A stretch of DNA of 63,184 nt, filler included, from Globobulimina sp. (GCA_003354225.1; 21 parts of 21 records of this genome joined end to end with filler, not necessarily neighbours in it), one strand, 5' to 3'. Shown: positions 48,343 to 60,848, counted from the first letter of the whole stretch. A program made the numbers and translations. The notes: generated from the sequence alone by a model not told the origin.

Positions 48343-49203
48343 ATGTCCACTATGCAACAAGATGTTAAATTTGAAAAGTATAGGAAGAATGCCTTAGGCC
48401 TATATGCACCAACTGGTGAATTATTAGCATATGGATATATCCGTAAATTCAATGATGACAAAGACATTGACATTCCTGTAGAAATATCATTTGTTTGTTC
48501 ACAATTTTTAGGTTTATATCTTGAATATGAATCATCATTGATCTCTGTAGTAGAAAATGAAAATGATAAAAGTGTCACGTTAAAACTTAATAATTGCAAA
48601 GAATGGGATACAATGAGTCATTTTAACAAACGATTATTACGCGATCAGTTAATATTTGATTTAAATAAAGAAATCACACAAATTGAATGTGAAGTGAAAT
48701 CAAAGCAATTTGGCCAAAATGGAATCGAATGGATATCCCCGATTTTACAAAATGGAAAAAATTTATGTTATATTAATTTATCAAATTGCTATTTAAATAA
48801 TGCTGCTGTTCAAATTATTTGTCATTCCATTCAACAAAATCCAAATCTGAAACCACTTAAGTTATAAATACAAATCTTTACATTTCCGAATTCCGATATC
48901 GTTTCTCAAAAACATAAAAAACAAAAAAGATGGTTAGATATATCAGATAACATTAATATAACTGATAAATGCATGCAATATATATTATCAATTATGGATC
49001 GATTGAATGGATTTAATTTAAATTGTACCAGTATTACCGATATATCTTGCGTTTTATTGAGTGATTATTTGAATGGAAATAGCAACATAACGGATACATT
49101 TAAAATGGCAAAAATGGACAGCAATAAAGGTATTACAGACAATGGAAAGGTAGCATTGCGGCCATACGCATCCCAACTAACTATCATATTGGATTGTAAT
49201 TAA
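48343..49203 (+). CDS. RNI-like LRR protein; intron 48861-48929
   Basis: LCYINLSNC, LK|WLDISDNINITD, FNLNCTSITD, NKGITD. Confidence 0.75.
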
Positions 49204-49474
49204 CGTCGGTCTTCTTCAAAACTTCTTTTTTTAAGCTAAAACGTTTTCCGTTTTCATGATGTATACAAACGACGAGTGCAAGGATATGTACATCCAAAAA
49301 CAAATATGGATTCAAACGATAACAATATGTCGACCAGGCTTCTTTTAAAACTTTTCAAATGTAACAAAACGAACAAAAATTACATCAAAACAACAATCAA
49401 ACACACTAAAAAACAACAACCCATTTTTAGAGAATAGTCATGCAACAAAGTTATATGAAAAACAAAAATTAAAA

Positions 49475-50928
49475 TTATTCAATCAATCCCACTGAATCAT
49501 CCTCCGCTAACTCTAACATTTCCTTATGGTCCTCTTCAGTAACAACAAATTTATTGGACGCTAATTCAGTCGTTTTATGCTGTTTTGGTTCCTTTAGTTG
49601 GATGGTATTATCCTCGGCATCCTCCCATATACTTTTCCTTTTATACAAACACACAGCGACCACTATGCTAGCAACGAGAATCACAAACACCACCGAACAG
49701 ATCGCGATAAATGTCTCCAGAGCCACACCCAATATTTCCTCATCGCTCTCTTCCTCGGTAACAGTTGAACTAAAATTGCTAAATTCGAAAAATGGAGTCG
49801 GGGCTGCTGTGGGAGCACTGCTTGGCTCACTGGTGTCTGTCACACAAGCTTTGTTTATCCGAATATCCAGCGTCAAATTATGCGCATTGGCCGCATTATT
49901 ACTGCCTAAATGCTGTGCAAATAAATAATAATCAATGCCTGAAAATGAATCATTCAGAGTTGCAAAGGCATCGTCATAATAACAGCTAAAATTTGTGGCG
50001 GAGGGAAAGTCCGTAGTCATAGTGGCAGTGAATAACGTCTGCAGACTGGAATCATGCGACGAAATGCTGAATCTTTGTGGGAATAAATGCTGAATCTTTG
50101 GATTCACAGTCACAGTCTGCGTGGATATTGCATAGTGCTCTGGCAATTGATCGAAAATGGAGACTAATGCAGTAATATTACCATTGCTTTCCAATACATC
50201 TTCAGCTGCAAAGGACGCGTTTGAACCACAGTCTGGTGCCATTTGGAAATAATATTCTGAGGAATTATACATATTTCGCCAAAATATATTGTCATGGTTG
50301 ACATTAAATATATGTCTTAATTCAATGTCATCTGAGTGCAATACGTTTAATTTGTTTTTGAATTTACAGGGAAAGTATATATGGTACGCACATTACCTAA
50401 ATCCATAAATGGCGGCAGTGTGGGCTCTATGGTGGGGACTTCGGTGGGATCTGTGGTCGGATATTGCGTAGGTTCCATGGTGGGGTATATGGTGGGGGCA
50501 GAAGTTGGCGGTTTGGTGGTTGGCAACAGTGCGGTTGGGGATGCCGTCGGCGTTGTAGTTGGATTGGAAGTGCTGGGCGTTTGTGTTGGATATATGGTTG
50601 GTTCCATTGTCGGGTAACTTGGCTCCATTGTTGGTGAGACAGTTGCGACATTATTTACTTCTTGGATTTCAAAACTTATTTTACATTCTGAGTCTTCTTC
50701 GAATGTAAATGAACCATTGCCTGATAAAAAGATACCAAGTAAACAGGTGACATTTGGAGTACTGATTGGGAGCGAAATTCTCGATAAGAAGCTTGTTGCG
50801 GTCGAATCATCAATGGATTCTAGAACATTGCTTGAATTATCATCGCAAGCTATGTAATATAAGGATGACTCGTAACCGATGGCTGTTATTGTTGATAATA
50901 AGAAGGTAAACTGCCAAAGTCTTGGCAT
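49475..50928 (-). CDS. Type I membrane protein with PT-rich repeats; intron approx. 50332-50396
   Basis: Signal peptide MPRLWQF.., PTxxP repeats, TM followed by YKRK. Confidence 0.75.
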
Positions 50929-51302
50929 GATCAAGCAGACTTTTTTTTGATTTTTAAATTTAAATTTAAAGTTTAGTTTTGTTTTCAACCATCCTTTCGA
51001 CTTAAAAGTCCGAGTATCGGTGCACGTATCAGGCTGATCACGTGAGGCTGGTCACGTTGGTTAAAATGGACGATTGCAAAGATAGTATTTTCAAGATATT
51101 AAATATCGATGCATACAATGAAGAAAACAGACTCTTATTTGNNNNNNNNNNNNNNNNNNNNNNNNNNNNNNNNNNNNNNNNNNNNTTAATTAATTAANNN
51201 NNNNNNNNNNNNNNNNNNNNNNNNNNNNNNNNNNNNNNNNNAAAAAGTGCTATTTTGAGAACAATGTTTTGAATTTGAATTAAATGAATTTATTAATAGT
51301 CA

Positions 51303-52967
51303 TTATGTTAAATCGTCATTTGAATTTCTTGGGTCATATAAATACCACTCGTTTGATGGAATGATTAATTTTTCGGTTGCATAATTTCTGTCATTATTCA
51401 AATATGGCAACAATTGTTCTTTGGGAACAATTAATATGCCATCATTTGTAAGATGAGGTTTACATTTTATTGGAGGAACAAATGTCAGTAATTCATCTTG
51501 AACAAAATCTTTGATCGTATACTTGCAATGTATGCCTCCTTTATTGCTATGTTTAGCTTTTCCAACAATGAGTTCCAAGCCATTTGCAAATTCATTCAAT
51601 TTAAATCCGATAATATAACGTAACAAAAATTGAACAGTAAGATGTGGAAAACAATGTAAATCAATGCGATGCACAGAATCTTTCAATTCCACTCTGTAGC
51701 TTATATTATTGCCATACCTTTCAAATATGTTAACTATTTCCATTGGATTCACATTATGATACAAAACAATCGCTGTCGTCAACTCGGAATTCAATGCAAT
51801 CGCAGAAGCGCTCAATCCATATTTCACATACTCATTGTTATTATGTTTGATTAGTTTGTCATATATTTTCAATTTCTGTTTGAAATCTAAGTCCTTATCA
51901 CATCTAACAATGCTTGACAGTGCAATACCTTTTAAGTCTAAAGTAGTTCGCAATGGTTTTAATTGTGCTTTTTCCAATGCTTTATAATATTTAATAGCTT
52001 TGTATGGCTTTCTTGCAACGATACAGCCTCTCATCAGTTCGCCATACATAACAGCATTAATTTCATGTTTATGCCGTTTCATTAGTTTCATCGCATTGTG
52101 CATTCCGTCAATATCTCCAATTCGACTGAATACATTCAAATAGGCACCAAACAATGCCAGCATTTCAGCCTTCTCTTTCTGTTCATCACTCAGTGGAGAC
52201 ACATATTTGTTAAACATAGCAATCGCTTTTTGTGCTTGTTTCCCATTCGAATAAACACAAATCATCTCCGTATAAATAATGCAATGCGGTGTGATGTTAT
52301 ACGCATTTTCCATCAATTTCCAATATAGCTCCGCCAGTTTATATTTTCCTTGATATCGACATGATTTTATCAACGTAGAAAAGCAAATAGCATTTGGCTT
52401 AATTTGCAACTCATTTGCCATCATTTTGAAATATTTATAAGCAATGACAGGTTGGTCCGCTGCAGCCATCACATTAAAAAATATGGAAAAAACAATAATA
52501 TTCAAATTCTTGGTTGCTTTGTCAGGTTTTCCCGCAATTTGCTCCAACATCATATCCATCACTTTTTTAGCTGACCGGTAATCTTTAATGGAGCCACAGT
52601 TTTTTATGGCTTTGCCATAAACAGAGCAATCAATGCAATCATTGTCTATTTCATGCTTTTGCAAATGTTGAATAATTTTATTGGAATCATTTTGCGATTT
52701 AGCTTTATCTAATTTATTGCGAATGGTTTGACTGTGACCGTCGACTTCTGCCCTCGTAATGTTACCCAGCTGATTTCTTAACTTTTTTTGATTGAATGAA
52801 TGTTGCCGGTTACCATCAACGTGTGCTTGTTGTAATTTATTTGTTGCAGATAAGTTTATGGTTTTTATGTCCTGTTTGTGGTGGTAATAGCAAAAAGATG
52901 CCTGGTTTAGGTTGATCTTCAAGCAAAGTGCAAGTTTACGATTATATGATTTAAAAATCAACATCAT
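51303..52967 (-). CDS. PPR-SMR protein, probably mitochondrial
   Basis: 35-aa repeats (KPNAICFSTLI, TPHCIIYTEMI); Smr motifs IDLH...LIVGKAKHS...NDGIL; basic N-terminus. Confidence 0.85.
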   Translation of the reverse strand: MMLIFKSYNRKLALCLKINLNQASFCYYHHKQDIKTINLSATNKLQQAHVDGNRQHSFNQKKLRNQLGNITRAEVDGHSQTIRNKLDKAKSQNDSNKIIQHLQKHEIDNDCIDCSVYGKAIKNCGSIKDYRSAKKVMDMMLEQIAGKPDKATKNLNIIVFSIFFNVMAAADQPVIAYKYFKMMANELQIKPNAICFSTLIKSCRYQGKYKLAELYWKLMENAYNITPHCIIYTEMICVYSNGKQAQKAIAMFNKYVSPLSDEQKEKAEMLALFGAYLNVFSRIGDIDGMHNAMKLMKRHKHEINAVMYGELMRGCIVARKPYKAIKYYKALEKAQLKPLRTTLDLKGIALSSIVRCDKDLDFKQKLKIYDKLIKHNNNEYVKYGLSASAIALNSELTTAIVLYHNVNPMEIVNIFERYGNNISYRVELKDSVHRIDLHCFPHLTVQFLLRYIIGFKLNEFANGLELIVGKAKHSNKGGIHCKYTIKDFVQDELLTFVPPIKCKPHLTNDGILIVPKEQLLPYLNNDRNYATEKLIIPSNEWYLYDPRNSNDDLT

Positions 52968-53005
52968 CGGAAAAAAACGTTTAGTGAAAAAAAACTCAAT
53001 ACACC

Positions 53006-54152
53006 ATGTTGAAGAATGTGAAGACGCTACCCACGTTTGAGCGCGATTTAGTGAATGGATATTGTCGCTTAAATTCCACCTCGTACGTTCCCAATGTTGT
53101 GATGAAATTATCGATGGTTTATTTGTGGATTTTGGATGAATTTGTATCCGTACAAAACAAAAACAAAAAGAATAACGACATCAATAACGAAGAGATTGAA
53201 TGTGCGGTAAAAGTATCTGGGTTAAATAATACAATTTGTAGATGCATCGATGGCGGAATGACGACCTCTATTTACGGTAAAAATATGTTAACGTCAAATG
53301 ACATTTATTATCATTGGCGATTTACGATATTAAATGCAGGTGATTTTGAAGAAAAGGATGAGTACAATTTTATAATTGGTGTAAAAGCATTTGATACAAA
53401 TAACGGATATTCATTCGTGGGGAGTCATGGATTAAAATTGCATGGTTTGACTGATACGTATTCCAACAAACGCTTTTCTAAAAAAAATGATATTTTAGAT
53501 ATGTTTTTAGATTTAAATGCCGGGAAATTAACTTTTATTGTCAATAATTGCGAATTAGGCGTTGCTTTCGATAAATTAGACACTTCAAAGCAATATAGAA
53601 TGCAATGCGCGTTGTCAAATAAAAATAGTGCGTTGGAATTAATATCATATCATTCGTCCAAAGGAGAGATAAATATCAATTGCGATACATTTGAATATCT
53701 AAATTATGTCTATTGTTTATCGGATATACCGTTAAAAACGAAACAATTTGAGACATTGACCAATAAATACGGGATAAATATGAATGGCGAGATATTGAAT
53801 GGTTACATCGATTGCTTAGTGATCAAAAAACATTACGACAAAGCATATGGATTTATAATGGAAACAAAAACAGAAACCGGAACAGATATTTTTTCCACAC
53901 CAAATTTGTGCAAAATCGGCTCATATTTTTATTTTGAAATGAACGATTTCGAGAAGGCATTGGATATATTTATGATCATAGAGCAGACCGACGAGAATGC
54001 GATGATATTCGTGGAGAACCATTTGTGCGTAGAAGTGGCTTTTTGTTACGAGCACAGCAAAAAAGAAGAAAACATGCTATTAGCAGTCAACTATTATGTG
54101 CAAGCAATCAAATATGAGAAGAAATTGGGTGAAAATGGCAGAAATGAGTGTT
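53006..54152 (+). CDS. SPRY/B30.2 plus TPR-like protein, 3' partial
   Basis: YHWRFTI...IIGV...DILDMFLDL..GKLTFIVN..LGVAF; helical repeats follow. Confidence 0.75.
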
Positions 54153-54252
54153 NNNNNNNNNNNNNNNNNNNNNNNNNNNNNNNNNNNNNNNNNNNNTTAA
54201 TTAATTAANNNNNNNNNNNNNNNNNNNNNNNNNNNNNNNNNNNNNNNNNNNN

Positions 54253-54511
54253 GCTTGGTGTTGTTGTTGTTGTTGTTTTTGTTTTGGTTGTTGTTGGTGG
54301 TGGATTGTAGTAATATGTTGCTCGATGATTTCGATTTTTTACGGTGTCTGTGTTTTTTTGTGGACGTGTGACTGTGTTCTATGTCTGGTATTGATGGATC
54401 TGCGTCGAGGTTGTCGTTTATTATTTCATTCAATAGGTTGTGATTAAATATGTCGTCTTCAATGTGATTTGATTCAGAATGAGATGGTTCTGCGAATTTA
54501 TAATCTGCCAT
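54253..54511 (-). CDS. Hypothetical protein N-terminus
   Basis: ATG ORF running into the spacer; low complexity. Confidence 0.5.
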
Positions 54512-54570
54512 TTAAAACTGACGGCTTAATGCAAAAACTTTATAGTTTTATTTTTTGCCTCAAGTGAAAC

Positions 54571-57163
54571 ATGTGCACGGGACTTTTATTCGCAATGTAT
54601 TTATTGGTTATTATCATATCAGTCAAGTGTCACCAGAATGAAAGTGACATTTTATTTGATATTTATAGCAACACAGGCGGACCTGAATGGGTAACAAAAT
54701 GGGATATTTCAACCATTTACATTGATCCCTGTTCATTGTGGGGTGTTTTATGTGACAATAATAATACGATAAATGGATTGAATTTAACCTCAAACAATTT
54801 AATTGGTACATTACCAGTCTCGATCAGTAACTTAACCTCTTTAATATCTCTCCACATGCGAGATAATAAATTATTTGGATCAATACCAACTGAAATATCC
54901 AGCATGACCTCCACACAAATAATGGATTTAAGTTCTAATGCATTGAGTGGATCAATACCACCCTCCATATTTTCAAATAAAAACCTAGAGATATTGTCAT
55001 TACAAAATAACAAATTCTCCGGTTCAATAGCACCAGATTTTACGCTCTCACATTTAAAATATGCATATTTTGATAATAATATGTTAAAATCTAACATCCC
55101 TCACTTACCCGCCACCATTTATGGTGCCACATTCCATTCAAATGATTTTACATTCACTGGTAACGATAATCACTTATCTGAGTTTTTATTTGATGTAAAT
55201 TCTAAACCAAACTTATACGCACTGACCTTACATAACAATAATAATTTACAAGGCCAATTATCCGTATTTAACACATCCACCCTCCGTATTTTCACAGTGC
55301 ATTCCTGTCAAATTACAAATACATTGCCAGCGTCCATATATTTTAAACCAACACATATCTCCCTCATAAACAACCGCTTATCATCCACCATCCCTTCCGC
55401 CTATATCACACCGTATCATTCTATTGATGAAAGATTGAAGATTGCCTTATTTGCGCAAGGTAATAAATTTAAGTTCGACATGTTTGAACATAACGTACCG
55501 TTATGGTTAGATAATAGTATATTAAATACAAACTCAGCACAGTTATTTTATACGAAGCAACTGAACTTATTAGAATATATAATCATCATTTTAGTGTTGA
55601 TACTGGTAATATTTTTAATATTGTATCATATTTATCGTTTGCAAAAAGAAAGAATAAAAAAAGCTGATCCTGGCAAGTATATGGAATTAAAAAAAAACGA
55701 TCCATTGTATAATTTCATTCATATGCAACCATTTTCTTTTTTTAGCCAATTAAAAGATATCGCAAAGTATTTATACTTTATCCCAACGCTGTTATTTGCG
55801 TGTCTTACTTCAATATTATATTATACATACAATGAAAACGAATCTGGGTATTATACAAATGCTGATTTCTTATTAAAATGGAGCATTACTTACATTGCTT
55901 CGTCGAACTCGACGAAAAGCATTACTTCGCAATGGATTGCTTCTGTTTATACCACTATTTATTGTGCATTTACCTTGTATTTATATTATATATTTTATTA
56001 TAAATTTACTTTTCCAATATTATTTTATAAGAAAATGAACATTGTGAAACGACGTAAACCGTCGCAGTTAATGGTGCAATCTCAGTCTTCCTCTGACGAG
56101 TTAGAAGAGCATGACAATGATGAATATGGCGAGAAAAAGCGAGAAAAGAAGCATAAAACAGTGATTGGTGCAATTCTAACCCGGCCGCGATCGGTGGATG
56201 AATATTATTCATATGATAGTAATCAACAAACCAAATTATTAGATGATAAGTCGCAAATATGTATACCCTCAAATCCACACAAATATAGCTATAAATATGA
56301 TGCGAGAAAATCAAGACATTATTCAAGATATAAGTCATTTGATGAAGAAAGTGTCGGTTCGATCTCAATCGATTTATCTGACAGTTCAAGTGATGAGGGC
56401 AAGAACCAACAAATATTAATGAAAGACGGCGAAACGCCAAATGTATATAAGGAATATATGCAACAGCAACAGCAACCAGATCAAGTTATGAATCTGCATA
56501 ATAAAAATGTAAATATTGATAATTCGAGTGATATTGAAATAGAAACATATAAAAAATGTAAGGTTTCTAATCTGTCAAACTCTCTCAAGCTCGGCCTTGA
56601 CAGCCAACAATATATCAATACGGGAGGCTGTTTGAATAGAAATAAACGAAAATTAAAAAGAGCGTTTAAGACTTTATTTTGGTCGCTAATGTTTCTCATT
56701 TGTGAATTTGTAATAATATTTTATTTTGCTTCGGTATGTAGCTATGTAATAATAATATATATTCATATTTTTTATATATTTATATAATAAGATATCAATA
56801 CCAAATAATAATATATTGAATCTTGATTTTAATCATTGGATGTATTTAATTTTACGATATAGTGTGTGGATAATAATGGCGGGCTGTAATTCTTTTATAA
56901 TACCGCGCGTTGTTAAGAAATTGGTGCGAAAAGTATTTTGGATATGTTTTACATTGAATCGACAAGAAAAGTTTCGTAAAATTACAATAACTTCCAATAT
57001 TATACGCTCTTTCAATTTAGTCTGGATTCCAATGTTGTTATTATTTTTCTTCCATAACGATTGTGGTCGATATGGCAATTTTTATTGGAAAAAATGTGAT
57101 GCAGACAACAATGATGAATTTGAATTTTTTATTGCAAGTCAAATGATATCAATAAAAGACTCA
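54571..57163 (+). CDS. Extracellular LRR multipass membrane protein, 3' partial; intron 56734-56791
   Basis: Signal peptide, DPC..WGV.C cap, LxLxxNxLxGxIP repeats, at least six hydrophobic helices. Confidence 0.82.
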
Positions 57164-57263
57164 NNNNNNNNNNNNNNNNNNNNNNNNNNNNNNNNNNNNN
57201 NNNNNNNTTAATTAATTAANNNNNNNNNNNNNNNNNNNNNNNNNNNNNNNNNNNNNNNNNNNN

Positions 57264-57682
57264 CGGCAGAAATACATTGAATACAGCAATGACAACGATA
57301 TTAAGCCAGCACAGCCTCCACTCAATGTATTATAAAACAATTTGGTGCTCCAGGAACCATTTGGATGATGGTATTTTTTCAATTTTGACTGGAACTTCTC
57401 TTTGAACATAAAGTTTAATGATTGGGATGGAAAATATCGAAGACAGTTTGCAAGATTGCCTCTCCACAATGCCATTATTCCTTCGTTGACCAATGTTTGT
57501 TTGAAACAATTTATTGCAGACTTATATGGCTGAGCTAAGCGATGGGATTTGAGCATTTCATCTTGGCTTTGCAATAACAGCTTGATTCTTTCTATGGGAG
57601 CTGCGATGGTTTTGGATAATATGGCTGCAATGCCGCTGAATAGAAAATTTTCTGGAGAGGAAAGAGTTTTGTTGGAGGACAT
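57264..57682 (-). CDS. ANT: Mitochondrial ADP/ATP carrier, 3' partial
   Basis: SKTIAAPIERIKLLLQSQDEM, WRGNLANCLRYFPSQSLNF. Confidence 0.92.
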
Positions 57683-57753
57683 GGTGAAGACAACAAAAAC
57701 ATCTTCTAAGTAAGGCACATAAAAGGGCAGGTTTTGCCTGCGTAATACCCAAA

Positions 57754-60174
57754 ATGTCTGCAGCCAAATCACAGGTCCGATGCTTATATTCGTGTACGTG
57801 AAGATAACATGTTTGTATATTCAGGCAACATTCAGTGATAAATTGGAGGACGAGAATGAATATCGAGTTTCATGGACGATTGGTTCAAAATGTTTGGTTT
57901 ATTCGGACGTGGCAAGTGAATGGATATTGGGTGAAATAATAGGAATATTCATGGATAATGAGGGTGAATGGCTCAATGTAAAATATATTAAAAAGAAAGA
58001 GATTTTTAGCAAAGAAATACAAAGATATTCAAAATTAATTAAACCAATCTTTTGTAATACGAAATATTTTAAGCAAAGACAGCAATTAATAGACACAGAG
58101 AAAAACATTATTATTGACTCACTATTTGATATTTTGAATGATAAAGAAATTCATAAATTAATTAAACGAAATGATGACAAAAGTAATCCGCAAAATAAAT
58201 TGGTTTGTACTTTGTATACATTTTTGTTTTTTTTATGTTTTTTATGTTTTTGTATAAAGGAAAGCAAACAAGAACAAAAGGAAGATATTTTAGCAATAAT
58301 TGGACGGGAAAAAGGTAATTTATTTGATCGATATCAGAAAAGGAATGATTTTAATGCAAAAAGCGTAGAACGAATAAAGTGCATATTATCAATATACAAT
58401 GTTTGGATCGCAAATCATGAAAATAATAATAATAATAATAATAATCAGATATATATATCATTTGATGACATAATTGAGAATGAATTGGATCCCCAATATA
58501 AAAAAAACGACTTCCTCATCGATTATCAGATTGTGACTGAAATTAAAAAAGATTTGTTTAAAAACGAAAACAATACAAATCATATTTGCAATGCCAATTT
58601 GTGTAAAATTATTGATAGAAATTCAAGAAATCGCATTTTTTATGGTGTTCATAATAATAAATTAATGGCTTTGTATCATGATCACGAGAATAATAACAAT
58701 GAATCCCTTCGCAACATATCCACGCAACAAATACTTGACTCGCTGCATACTTATATTTATCACACAATGTATATCGATTTGGATGATCTCGAATTGAAGA
58801 AAGAGAAAGAGAGCGAGACTGAGACTGAAACTGAATTCGAAACTGATGAATTTCACTCGATTTGCGATGATTTGTATGTCACCAAATTATGCAAATTGAT
58901 GGAGAATAAAAAAAATGAATCAAATCGATTTACGAAAAGGTTAAGAGGCGGAGAGCAAAATGAATTTAATTACAACAAGTTTCAAAGCACAAATATGAAC
59001 AAATACGGCTTGAAAACATTTATGAAAATAATAACAAACAAGAAACAACAGTGCTTTTTAGATATTTTGATGATTGAATTGAAGAACAATGATATTCATA
59101 AAAGTGAGTTGCAATCCATTGACAAATATATATTCGAGCAACACTATGATAGCGAGGCAATTATGCACGATTTAAATGAGAAAACGCAAAAACAGTCAAA
59201 TTTTATATATTTTTTAAATGTTTGTCCGAAATTTTTAGATATTTCAAATCGATTAATTATTGAGGACCAAATTAGAGCGACGTTATACAGTTCAGGCCGA
59301 AGGTATTTTTATTGGGAATTTTATAGAAATAATCAAAATGAAAAACGGGCTGTATACTATGGAAATTATGAAGAAAATATTGGTTATAAATTATGCGATT
59401 GGTTCATAGATAAAAAATATTCCAATTTAAAGGAGGAATTAACAAATAATTTAATTTCAACATTCTCAATGAATCAGTTTGAAATTACACTCATTAAAGC
59501 CACTCAAAAATTAAATGCGTGGATTAAAAATCCAAATGTTGCAAATATTAAATGTAAATATAAATATTGGACAGAAACATATGGCATAAAAGAGAATGAT
59601 GAGATATCATTTGAGCATATTTTATGTGTATTATTTTATTGCAATTTCAGTGCTCAGTGTTTTTCGTTTGGTGAAACTTTCCGTAAATTGCATAAATATG
59701 AAAGTGATCAAGATATGAAAAAAAGACATCGAGAATTTGCAATTTGGGCACGATTCCTCAGGGAAACTGTCGAAGCATTCGGGACACGGATGAGAGACAG
59801 TGATATCAAATGGTTTTATCACGGCGTATCAGATACACTCATTTTTGACGCAACCTCCATCAAATTATGCGGACCAGTCTCAGCTACGGGCGGTTTGTAT
59901 ACACATTGTTTTTGTTTTGTATATATCCGATTTTATATTTATTTTTATACAGATTTTCAAATTGCCATTGGAATATTTGGTGCAGACGGCATTGTGATTG
60001 ATTTTATAAACAACAAAAGTTTCTTACCATATTTTAATTGTCGATCTTGGTCAGACTTTCATAGTGAAGATGAAAAATTATTTGTAGGCGGATTACACTC
60101 TTTTGATTTTAATACAATTCGAAATATGCAGCCAACACCAAAACAAAATTATGGTTTATATGTAAAAGCATTGA
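57754..60174 (+). CDS. Tudor/SH3-like plus ADP-ribosyltransferase-like protein, 3' partial; introns 57775-57824, 58203-58259, 59893-59952
   Basis: W..GSKCLVYS...W..G.I...EGEWL.V.Y N-terminal domain; FYHG, GPVSAT and SDFHSEDEKLF in ART order. Confidence 0.7.
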
Positions 60175-60274
60175 NNNNNNNNNNNNNNNNNNNNNNNNNN
60201 NNNNNNNNNNNNNNNNNNTTAATTAATTAANNNNNNNNNNNNNNNNNNNNNNNNNNNNNNNNNNNNNNNNNNNN

Positions 60275-60786
60275 TTGCTTTCACAAATGTTCCAATGTCT
60301 CATATACCAACAATTATATGGATAATGTATCAATGTATATGCAGTTGGCTTAATTTTGAAATTTGTACCAAAATCTATTGTATAATATGCATTTTCTACA
60401 TTTGCAGTGTATGACAATGAAGCTTTCCTTCCAACAACATCTCGGAGAGAGCCACAATCACCGTTCCAACCAGATGATGTTAATAATATTAAACCTTTTT
60501 TAGCCGGATTTGTAAATCTTGATTTCCCAAAATCTGAACCTATTGCATAACATATCCCATTCCTATCATAATCCCATTGATAAATAAAATCTTTCTCAAT
60601 AATTGGTTCAATAAACTGATAAATTACATTTTTTAGGTCTTTCATTATGAATAATTTATATTTCGTTTCTATTTGACGAATATATCCAATCACCAACACA
60701 TGACTGTCTATGTACATTAAATAATTTAAACCATTGTCTGTTTCATTGAATTGTTGTTTTGGTGTTATACTGAAATTAGAGCCCAT
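60275..60786 (-). CDS. Protein with HECTD1-like SUN/F5/8-type beta-sandwich domain, 3' partial
   Basis: DYDRNGICY.IG..FTNPA..GL...SS, IDFG..IKPTAYTL.H..MRHW; MGSNFS start. Confidence 0.72.
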
Positions 60787-60848
60787 TTTGCATTGAAGCT
60801 TAAGTGATGAAAACTGTATGAAAAACTTGCTTATTTGTCATCAAGATA

